From the NCBI GenBank assembly GCA_965153285.1, contig OZ229119.1: a DNA stretch of 64,000 bases; one strand, 5' to 3'. A program made the translations under genes and the position numbers. The notes beneath the pieces were generated by a model that ran no database searches, was not told the DNA's origin, and worked only from the letters and a program-made list of their open reading frames with translations. Every line of letters starts with the position of its first letter. Position 1 is the first letter of the stretch. Below are positions 12,801-24,800 of this stretch, piece by piece. Origin of the DNA: Podarcis tiliguerta (lineage: Eukaryota).

Positions 12801-15800
12801 ACACAGAGTCAAAGTCACGCTCCACTTCTCGCCCAGCAGCCTAGATAGAGAAGAGCGCACAAGCACAGTTATTGATACAGCTGTCTCTTATTGGGACAGA
12901 CCAGCAGGTCCCCCCCCCCCCCCGCCTGCAATTACTACACTCTCCCAGAAGCCTCTGTACTTGCCAGGTGCACAGAGGTGTCATGTACTTGCCATACTAT
13001 TTCTAAAGACCCTGCAGACACCAAGTGCCTCTCTTACCTCTTCAATGAAGAGCCAGGGGTGGCAGGGCCCCCCCAGCAGAGATGGCCTCTTCAGCCCGTG
13101 TTCAAATATGGCTTTGAGGGCTGGGCAGAGTGTCCCTCGAACCAAGTCCGTCACACCTTCAGTGACAGAGTCATCTCCAGCAATGGAATACTTAGAGGAA
13201 CAAGAGAACAGCCTCCATTAATGGATGAGAAGCCACAGCAAACAGAAAGGCACATATGGTAGATACTATAATATTTACCATCCTATTTATGAATGCTGTT
13301 TCATATGCCCACCCCGCTATTTCATAGGAGGATGCCTAGGCAACCGCAAAGTCCATATGACAAAATAGTTTAATAAGCTCACAGTTGGCATTACCAAGCT
13401 CCTCCAATCACCTGGCTAGCAAGTATATGAATGAAGCTGTTAGACTATCCCTTTCACTGCCCCTCCCAACTGGTTGCTGGCAAATCTGGTTTTATCTTCA
13501 GCCATCCCAAATATAAATTATTGGCTTTGCCACGGATTTATTGAGTGAGCTTGGATTTGTCACCTTATTCCTATATGGTCTACCTCTCCCACTGGGGTAG
13601 GGGAATAACGGTATCTCATATTTCCCAAATCTGAAACATACAGTGCACAAATCTTCCACAGAATGAGATTATATTTAATGGTTTTGTGTTCAGGTAACCC
13701 AGATTGTCATTGGGTGACTAAGAGGTATGGACTTTTGCAGCATGTGATTCCCACTCGCCCAGACCGAAACTCTGCTTCTCAGCATCTACTTCCCCACCAT
13801 GTCCTTTACAAGGATCCAGAGAACAGTAGACACTAATGGCAGGAAGCAGGACCATAAATTTAATATGGAAACATTACCTCTTTGCTCCGTTCATCCAGAA
13901 CTTCCACAAACTTTGCAGGAAACCAACCTATAAAGAGCAGGGAAATATCAGGATAGCAATCTAGTCTTGGTATCAGTCTGTATATAAGCAAACAGTATTT
14001 GTGGCACAGGCTGTGAAGGTAGGGGCCCCCCCCCCATAGATTTAACATTATTGTTTGGGGGTGGACAAAGATTCCTCCCTCACACAAATCCCATTTGCAC
14101 TTACCTCTCAGGCCATTCAGTTCTCCCACCCAACAGTGCTCATCCTTCTGAGAGATGATCTGCAGCAATTGAAAGGAGGGAAATTGATCATACGGAGGAA
14201 AAAGAGGAGCAGCAAGCAATGTATGGGAGCAAATATGGAATCTGAGCTGAGATACCCACGTAGTGGAAGTTGCCCCCAATTATTTTTAGTGTATACTGCA
14301 GAAAAAAACTTCACTCTGTTTGTTGTTCCTTATTCAAATAATGTCTGATTTCTCCACCCCCCTACATGATGCTACCATTCTGTTGGTCCCGACCATCGTA
14401 CCGTGATGATATCATTCTTACGGAAGCCCAGTTCATCATCATCATGGCGCTCAAAATCCAGCAATGCCTTGGCCCGTCGCCGATGGTTCCGACAACAAGC
14501 CACATAGCTTTCATGGTCCCGCTGGTGGCTCTCCATGGTGTAATCAGGAGTCAAATCCTGGTTGGGGGACAAACAAGAGTAATCTGAATTCATGCCAAGC
14601 AGAAGGCAGAGATTAACAAGGGATGAGGACATTCTTCCAGTTTTGTTTCTTCCCATATTCCCTCATGAGGCAAGTTCTCACCCAACAAGCCCCTCCTTCA
14701 GTAAATTGGGTATACAGTGGTAACCATCTCAGTAGCAGGAAGCATAGGTTTTCTTGTGGGAGATCCCCTACTCACTATGCTGCAGCTCTTGGGATCCACA
14801 CACTGAAAATGCCGTGCCACTTGCAGGATGGCCTCGCGCAACTCTGCAACCAGCTCCGTCTGCTTAATGTTCTTGGCCTTCAGTGCCTCCATGTCATCTT
14901 CCCCTGGAAGGAGGGCAGAAACAAAGGAAGGATAAGGAAATCACTCAAGCAGAGCAAGGCGGCAACCCAGTCAGATGCGTGGGGTAAACCATCATCATCA
15001 TTCTCTTAGTTTTCCCCTCTTCATCTGAAGCATCTGCTATTTGGAAACATACTGCTTCTATACACTGAGTTTCCATTTTGTTCTCATAGCAAAAAGACAG
15101 ACTTCCCTTCTATTCAATTGTCTAATCCAAAGTTGGCCAATGCTGATGTTTGGACTACAGCGCCCATACTCCCTAGCCACTGGTCATGCTACCACAGGTT
15201 AGAAATCCTTGGTCTAAACAAAGGAGCAAATAAGACCATTGCCATTGCCCTTCTAGTATAACAAGAGAGGATGAATTTTTTCCATCATTTCATGTCTCAA
15301 TCACATCCACTTCCACTAGTCATATCTTTTCCTAAAGTCTTATACTTTTAGTTGCCTTTCTGCAGGATATTTCTTTTAAGATAGGGCAACAGAACTCTAC
15401 ACACTATTCTACATAAGGGTGTTTCAAGGAGTTTTATGGGCAATGGAATACTTGCTGCTTTATTTTCACCCATACCTAGTTCCTAACAATTGTGTTTTTC
15501 CTTTTACTTTTTAGTGCCGCTCTATTCCTGAACTGATGTTAATTACAACAGCTCTTTTAAAAAATCCAATCTGTGTTCCACATGAATACATGAAATGAGA
15601 AAAACTGGAGATGTGCCTTATGCCCCATCTCAAAGCCCCATAAATATGTTTTATAACCAGCCTCTTGGCAGAAAAGAGACTGAAGCCTAGTTCAGTTTCT
15701 CAGGCCTCCTCAAAAGCTACATAAAAAAAACCTAAGAGTGTGCTTAAGTTAGAATAAAATAAGGGCACACCTACAGTGTAAACTTAAAACTAAGTTAACT

Positions 15801-18800
15801 GCCCTGAGCTCCCTACAAAGCAACTTCAGTGAGGGATTCAAAGGCCTATAAACCCCATGGCAGTTACACAGATTAAAAAACAGGTTTGTTTCTGCAGAGC
15901 GGATTGCCCAGGGACAGACCTTTATTAGTGAATAGTCTCAAAAGTAGTGCAGCCTTTCAGAAGTGATCAATAAGTAAGGAGGGCAGTTCTCTACTTGTAA
16001 ATACTACTTGTGTGTCTCATATTACTTTCTTTCTCTGGACCTTTAAAGAGGACAAAGAGCACGGGCTTCACCTGGGGTTCCATCACAGCCACTGAAGAGG
16101 AACACTCCTGCGTACAGCAGAATAAACAGCTTGGACATGACTCCCAAGAGGTTAATTTTTAAAAAGATGAATCTAGGCAGCAGACAGAAGTGTCTCTTTA
16201 CTTACCCTGAAGGCAAGCAGAGTGCTTAGTACAGTGTACAATAGTGCAAGGACAATCTATGGCCATGTTTGCACTAAATCATAATTTTGCGCAATGTGCA
16301 CAAGCTGGAATGAACCTGAATGTGCCTCTGACTCATGTACAGTGGTACCTTGGGTTAAGTACTTAATTCGTTCCGGAGGTCCGTTCTTAACCTGAAACTG
16401 TTCTTAACCTGAAGCACCACTTTAGCTAATGGGGCCTCCTACTGTTGCCAGAGCACGATTTCTGTTCTTATCCTGAAGCAAAGTTCTTAACCTGAAGCAC
16501 TATTTCTGGGTTAGCAGAGTCTGTAACCTGAAGCGTATGCAACCCGAGGTACTACTGTACTCCTTTTCCCACCCTCAGCCACTTATTCCGCATCGGGGTG
16601 GGGGGTAGGGTGGAAGGAAGCTTGAGGATTTATTTGGCTCATTCCATTACACATCCCAGTACACAATAAATAAATAAAATATGGTTGAGTGTAAAGGGCC
16701 AACACACAGCCAATCTTGCAGACTCCAACTATGTTTTGCCCTCTACATTTACCATGTTTGCTCTTTCAACTGTTCCAACCTGTGCAGGCAAGAATAATAT
16801 GCTCATGCATTTCTCCTTACCAAAAAGCAGAGAGGTGATGCCAGACTTCCTACGCTGCGTCCTGCGTCGCACAATCTGAGAGAGACAGAAGACCAAGACT
16901 CATTAAAGAGAGAATATAGTAAAAATGCTATAGTGACATTATGTTCAGTATGATAAAACAGATCTTGTGGGTCACGTACATCAAACATACATACATACAT
17001 ACATACATACATACATACATACGTACAAATTTTTATTTGTATGCCACCTTTCCACAGTTCAAATCATGCTCAAGGCAGCTTACAACACAAAAATAATACA
17101 TAACTGCAACATAATGAAAGTAGTCATAAACAATAAATAAAACATCAAAGAATACACAACGAAACGGAACAATTTCCACATAAATAACAAGATCTAAAAT
17201 AAAGCTACAAAAAGCCAACAGCAAGAACCTCTCCCTCAAACAACATGCCAGCCCAAGGGGGATAGAAAAAGAGAAGTATGGGTGACCAGAAAAGCTATCC
17301 TGGACATAGCAGGAAGTATGGGAAGTCTTGCAGCACGTCTTCAATAATACATCCAAGACTGACTCAACATCACTACCACTACCTATGAACAACAAAGGCA
17401 ACAGAAGCCAAGCCTGAGAAAGGAAATATTTTTTAACTTGTGATTCCCAAGAGCTTTAGAAACACACCTTTGATAAGTTGACAGAAGCCCCTGCATTGAG
17501 CAGCTGCCCTTGGTCCGCAATGAGGTAAGCCAGGTGCTTGCACCTCTGAGTCTCCACTGCCACGTCCGTCAGGGAACCAGCGACACGCATGGCTTCCTGC
17601 AGGAGCACGTCTGGATCTTCAATTTGAGAGGGGATGTCTGAGAGTGTGTTGAAGATGGAGGCAGAGTTCTCTGACTGAATCAACTCATCTTCCTGCATTA
17701 ACAGGAACAAGGCATTCTGCGTGTTATGCTCTGGAATACCCTTGCAATTCTCACAGCCCCATTATCTGCATCTAACTCTATTCCCATGATGAAAGTTTGC
17801 ATGGTGAATGCAGGACAACAATTAATGCATGCTTCCGTTAATCTCCCTTTGCACCCAATTATTTTCCTATAAAGGAATTCCTTAATGCTACACTGAATTT
17901 CAGCCACACATCAATTTGCCCAACACAGAACCAGAAGAGCAGAGGTTATTTCTCAAAGTGTTTCTTGAAACAAATCATTGTCAACAATCCCAGTCTATAT
18001 GCTAGTTCGCTGGCATTATTCAGAAGACAAAAAAGCAGCAAAGGCAACAGCGGGTGGCAAAAGGAGCTACTGCACACCCAGATTTCAAAAGAACGATATA
18101 TGGGATTTTTTGTTTTTCTTTCCTTACACACACAGACCGCCTCTCATAAAGGATTCCCCAAATACCTAAGATGGGGTGGGGAATCGGGAGAGCGGTCCCT
18201 GTATATAAAAACTCATTCCATGAGGGGAAAGCGGAGGAATGTTGCTTACCTTCATGCTGAGCATGCCCAGTGTGACCTGGAAGAGAACTATGGAGCCCTG
18301 GTAGAAAAAGAGGTCCCAAATTCGTAGCAACAGCTTGATATGCACAACACTAGCAAATGATGTGAGGAACCAGTGCAGGGTGATCAAGGAGAGCTCTGTG
18401 AATGGAGACAGTAAAGAAGGTGTATCATTCTAGTTTACCAGTCACCCACACGAGGAAGAATCCATCCTACTCCTGCCCTCCTGCCTTTCCACTTCCAACA
18501 TAAAACAGAGAACACTCACATCTATTCCAAATAATCTACCCATGTCAGTGCAGGCAAATACAGCTCCCTTCTCAGTCCTTTTCACTATGTCAAGCCAGAG
18601 CAAAATAAACAATGATCAGTAAACCAAGGACTAAACTTGCCTACAGATTGTGGTTTGCTTGCAGCAAAACAACCTAGTTCCTAGTTCAGACAGAATACTA
18701 AGCAAAGGACTGTAGTTTGCTTGCTACTGGTATGCAGGAAAAGTGGCCCAAATAGGCACATTCACAGCAAGCCATTAACTATAGCTTGCCATAACAAGCA

Positions 18801-21800
18801 AATAACAAGCAAATGAGGCCACTGATAATATTTCTGCTTAAAACAAGAATTTTCAAATAGCACAAGAGCTTATGTACACACAAGCATATATTTCCTTCCA
18901 TTTCAACCCAAATACCAAGCTAAAGTGACTCATGCTCAAAAGCATGTTTGACTCATCTGCACTACTAAATTCCCTTAGCAGCCACATGCACAGTGTGTTA
19001 ACAATGTGGCTCACAGAAGAGAGCTGTACCCTGAAGCTCAAAACCTTCAGCTGCCCAAGGGAGGCTCTCACCAATGTCATGCTCCTGGAGAAGTTTGTCC
19101 AGCTGTGGCAAGTACTGCACAATGAGATGCCGCAAGACGCGCTGGTCAGTCTGGACGCCCATCAGAGTAGTGTTGAAGTAGGAGGCCGGCACCAGGTCCT
19201 CAATGATAGCACACATCATCCAGAAGGCATCTTCCTCTTCCAAGAAAAGAAGTAAGGAAGCGACTACCTAGCAGAAGAGGAATACATGGAGATACAGTGG
19301 TGCCTCGCAAGACGAAATTAATTCATTCTGCGAGTTTTTTCGTCTCGCGAAGCACCACTGTGTATTGACGGTTTCCCGTAGGAATGCATTGGAGGTTTTT
19401 AAAAAAAGGCGCAAGACGTTTCGTCTTGCGAAGCAAGCCCATAGGGAAATCCGTCTTGCGAAGCAACTCAGAAAACGAAAAACTCTTTCGTCTTGCAAGT
19501 TCTTCATCTTCCGAGGCATTCGTCTTGCGAGGTACCACTGTAAGCTGAAAAGCATCTGTAACAGCCCACTGGTGGCCTCCCTCACAGCAGCAAAATTTTA
19601 GGGATAGAAAGTAATTAGCCATGGTGAGAACAGGATATTAGATGACGAACCTTTGGGCCAAATGAGCAATACTATAATGTTTTCATGCAAAGCAGCCTCA
19701 TAGTTTCAGTAAAAGGATAATAATGGGATAAAGGAAACCTCTGTGACTCCAGGAAGACTTATTTATTTGAGCTCTTAATATACTGCTTAATTGCCAAAGT
19801 TCTTCTATAAGAGGGAGAAGGATCCTTATGGCCCTCCAGTCCCCAGACCACATCCCTACCAGCCCTGCTTTACATCCTCCTCAAGTCCCTTCGCTTGGTT
19901 GGAATGTGTCCTTGAACTATGATACTTGCCTGCCTGGGTAGAGAGGGGTGTGTCTAGGAAGCAGCTTACCACACAAGGCACAGTGCACATTCGTTGCTCT
20001 GCACAGTTGGTTGTCCACTACTGGCATTTCACCCCTGGAAGGTTGACCAGAAGGGAATGCTGCCCTTATTGTTTCTTTTTCTAAGTTTGTGCTTATTTTG
20101 TTCTCATTTATACAAAACTTCCATTTTCTGAAGGAAGTCTTATTTCCCCCGCCCCTAAGTTTCCTCTACAAAATCAAACATGACTGTGCTAAACTTTTTG
20201 GGGGATTGTCCATCCGCATATATATGCTGAATTTTATAGTGCAGTTTAACGACACTTATATGTCACAACAGGCCCTGAATACTACTTAAAATTAAGTGCA
20301 GGGTCATCTCCATGACCGTCAGCTCTAAGGTACAGTCATTTAGCCTTTCTAGTAATTGTATTTTGTTGTTGTTACAGGAACACACACTGATTCAATCTAC
20401 GTGAGGATAACTGAAGTCACTCGTAACTACATTTCCTCACTGGATGCAGCTTTTGATTTAATTCTCCATCTCATAAATAACCAGAGCATTTTTGTCAGGC
20501 AGACAATGATGCATCCCCAGAATTAAATTACCCTTGGGCCTGGTAATTCTGTAGAGCAGTCTGCTCCTTTTGATATGTCTAGCTTGTTGGAATGGATGTC
20601 CTCAGGTGTACAGAGTGATACCGCCTCCAGTTCACCCTTACTTGCACTTCCTAAAGGCTTACTATCTGTAGACTGACTTGTCTGCTAGTTTTCCATTGCA
20701 TAACTGTGGGCCACTCTCTCAATGTGAGCCAAGTTGGGAGCTTGTGCTACAGGCTGGCTTACATATGATTTAAATAAATTCTAAACAGAGTTATGAATAG
20801 GGAGCAATGTAGCATAAGTTCATAAAGTAACTTTGATTCTAACCTATGGTGCTAATAACTTTGCTAGTCATACAGAGGTAGCTCCAGAGTCTTTGGTGAG
20901 CCCTGCCACTGAAACGGCCTTCATTTCTCCCCATCACAAAGACCTTGAGCTGCAGTGAATATTACATGGGCAAAAGGGATGTTGCTGAAAATGGCACCTA
21001 TGTGGTATAACAATTCTTCATTCCCCCTGCTGAAACATATAGGACATCTAACTGCACAGATGACTGTAGGAATCTCCATTTCCCTACTTCCAATTCTTGG
21101 TGGCTGTTTCTGAGGATGTGGAGGTTCTCCAAGTTACAGTGGCTATACCTGAAACAGGCGACTTTATGGCTTACAGCTGGGTGTTAGCAAATACTCACCA
21201 TGGTCATGCTACTCCTGGCAGGAGTAATATATTATGTTTAGTGGTGCCATTACCTATGCAGTAAACTTATTTTATTATTTCTACTGGATAAAAAAAAGTA
21301 TGTTGCTGCCTATACAGGTACCTGTGAATCCCTCTCACCTGCTTGTGAGCAGAGTCCCAAGGGAAACAATAACAACTCACATATAACCACAATAGGAGAG
21401 GTTTATTTACCATGCCAGTGCCTTGACAATAGCCTATTTCGGGATACAGCCATGCCAGTCCCCGGAGAATTCTGCGTAGCCGCGGCACTCCAATACTATT
21501 CATGTTGGAAAAGCAGGCATTGCTGGGCATGGTGCGGAGCAAATCCTTCTCAATCTAACAGAAATCAAGTATCACAGATTAGCATTCTAGACTCAGTTAG
21601 CAATTATCCTCCCCATCTTCTTTTTTCTTTCTCTAGTCCCCTGCGCTGCCCTTACATTCTTTGCACCCCCACAAAGTAGGCCTGTAGTCTGAGGCTGCCA
21701 TTTCACCTCAGAATGGAAGCCTCACAAAGCACATGCAAACTTCCATCCATTCAGTATAATGCCTCATCTGCAACCGGAAGTGAACTGCTCAAAGTGAGTA

Positions 21801-24800
21801 AGAAGCACATCTCTTACTGCACACTCAAGATAAAAATGTACCAAATAGTACTGGGTTTTATGTGCCAATGCACATTCTAGCAGTTTCCCCCTACTAAAGC
21901 AGCCTGGATGAGACCCTGACTGCCACAAACAGTATCAATGGTGCCATTGTGAGAGGGCCTATTAGCAGGTTTCTTCAACCTGGTGCTCTCCTGATGTTGT
22001 TGGACTTTGGCTCCCAACAGAATGGCCAGAGATGATAGGAATTGCAGTCCAAAACATCTGGACGGTACCAGGCTACCAAAGCCTGCTTTAAGGGTTGACT
22101 TTTGCTTCAGAAGCCTTGCCCAGTTCCAAAGGCTGTCTTGGATGCCTCTACTCAGTGATTCTTTTTCTTCCTGCCTACTTGAAGCAAAAAAATATTTACC
22201 TTCCAACGACTGGTGACAGATTAGTTATAATGGGGGGAAGGAAGGCTCAACTTTATGCACCTTGCAAAAGGTATGAGATCTGAAGGAGGCACTCACAGCG
22301 CTATACATGGTATCTCCCATTTTGCTTTATTTATAAAGTTGCTTCGTCTTCCCTACTAGTTTTACAAAGTCCTGTCCCCTTCATTAGGTTGTTGGTGTTT
22401 GCCCTTAATGGGCTGAGAATCACATTAATCTAAGGGCAGATGTACCTCATATATTTAAAGCACATCTAATGCACGTTTAAAACACATGGCTTTTCCCAAA
22501 TATTCATGGGAACTATAGTTTGTTAAGGATGCTGGAAATTGTGCCTCTATGAGGAGGAAACTACACTTCGCAGGATTCTTTGGGGAAAGTCATGTGCATT
22601 AAATGCGTGTTGGAAGTACTTTAAATGTATGGTGTGGAACTGCTCTAAGAGTCAGAGGATTAAAAGTTAGGACTCAGTGGTGCTATTTAGAGCTTAAGAC
22701 ACACAACCTTGTATAGTAATCTCCAGACTAGTTCTTCACATTTTGTTCAGTGTTTATATCCAACAGCAAGAGTCTAAGCAAAGCGCCTCATGAATACATG
22801 TTAGTACATCAACAGAATGATATTTTATGCACACTCTACACCTAAAGGGTAATTAGCTTCTGCTGAGTGGCAAGAAGATTTGTGCTGGCTGAGAGAGATG
22901 CTTACAAAGTTCTGTACCTAGACCTCAAAACTTCCTACCTTCTAACAATTGAAGATTTTATTCTTTTCCTTTTAGCATGATGGCAGCAAGTGTGCAACAC
23001 CCCCCCCCCCCTTGTTCTACATAAACTTTAAATCCACAAAGGTGATGTGTGGTAGTAAATCCTTTCTTGGCTAATATCAGGAGGAACGCTGTGAGCCAAT
23101 CCCTCTAAGCTCATTTTCAGCACTACCAACTCCGAGAAACTGAGTGGGTAACCCCCTCCTTCTCTCAATCGCTGCTCTTAGTCTTCCCTTTCTTCCGCCC
23201 ACCTGATAGAGTGCCCTTTCTTGAGCCCCAAGAACTAACCCATGGCAAAGTACCCACTTGTTTGGCAGCAATGGTTTCATCATTGGAGCTGTTTTTCACA
23301 ATTTCCCGATATGACATTTCTGAATTTCGCTTCTTCTGCAGAGCACCTGACAGTCTCATCCACAGCTGGGTGAATGAAGGAAGAAAAGGTTTTATGATTA
23401 AGACAGGAAACCTCACCAGCAAGCTCTCCTCCCCTTCATGATTAACCAGGAATGCCTCACCTGTGGCCTCATGCTATGAGGAATGCCAGCCAACACCAAT
23501 GATCGCAGCTTATCAGAACGTGGAAGTGTGACTTCTATCTTGTCCCAGGTGAGGTCCCCCACGTCGTGGTTGTGTGTGAATTCCAAGTGGGCCTGCCATT
23601 TCAGCCTGTGCTGTGGCTCTTCAACCAGTGGGATCCCCAAGAGCTTGCTGGAGTTTGGCTCCGCGCCATCTGTAGCAAAGAACACCAGCTTTAGGTGTGG
23701 GCAAGAAAGTAGCAAGTAGCCTTCTACATCTGAAAAATAATAATTCCTTGAAAAGCTGGACTTTACAATCTAGAGAGTCAAGAATTCAGTTGTGCATGCT
23801 TGGGCAAGTGTATAACCAAGTTCCAATTCTGATCCCAAAGCATGCACAGACCACCACCTTTGGTGATGTTGAAAAATCCACTCTGACAGTCCCTTATGAG
23901 GTATATGAGCACCAGCCAGTTGAAATTCAAACAGGAAAATGAAGGTGTTTACTTTTCCATTTGAACATTTGTATTCTGGCTCATATGAAATGCCTAAAGT
24001 GGCTAGCTGTCCTAATATTTATTATTTGCATATAGATTTCTATACCACTAAATCTTCTGAAAACAATGTACACGTATAATAATTTTATTATTTATACCCC
24101 GCCCATCTAGCTGTGCTTCCCCAGTCACGCTGGGCGGCCTCCAGCCGCTGTCCAGGGTTTCAGATTCCGCTGGTTTCAAGAACTTGAGCCCAGACAAACA
24201 TGTAGATGGATTGCAGCTTTAAAATACATACAAGCAACACCCTGATCCTATCCTGGTTGTCACCTCCATGTCTTTTCAAGAAGGAAAAGCTGCTGTTTAC
24301 ATACATGTGCACTGTTCCTAAATGACATGTTACCAAGAATGTTATCATGTTAGTAAAGCCTGAAGTTAATTTCTTTAGAGGTCAACTGCTTTCAAAGCAC
24401 CACTAGAATCAAGAGTTGGAAAGGGACTGCTGAGAATAAGTGACTTCTGAAGCAGAGCCCCAGGGAGAGCTTGTCACAAGTTACACCACAAAAATAAAAG
24501 GCCTTGCCTTCTTTGTCTACCCGGAAACCAAATTCATCATACCGGAACTCTGGCTGTTCAACAGATTCTTCTTTCTGGAAAACCGAAGAAAATAATTGCT
24601 TTCCATTCTTTGCCACTAGGTGGTACAACACTTTTACACACTGCAGGCATCCAAAATAAAACTGGGAGCACTCTATGCATTTGTGCTGTACTCTTATAGC
24701 CTATATAAATAACTTCCACAGTAAATCTAGGAAGAACATGTTGGGAAGATATTTCCATTGGAGATTTTTTGCCTTGCTTCTCCCAACCTTAACCCCTTCT

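Noticed and set aside
16198-16215. cag-G-gtaagt on - strand (recursive-splice-like site)
   Set aside because: Short intron, one-base offset, no supportable exon
16340-16557. CRISPR-like recurring gttcttaacctgaa repeats
   Set aside because: Internal subrepeats of a eukaryotic MITE; no regular repeat-spacer array or cas genes
17866-17875. Perfect CArG box CCTATAAAGG near the SRF cofactor gene MRTFA
   Set aside because: A few such 10-mers are expected by chance in 64 kb; it is intronic in SGSM3 with no supporting context
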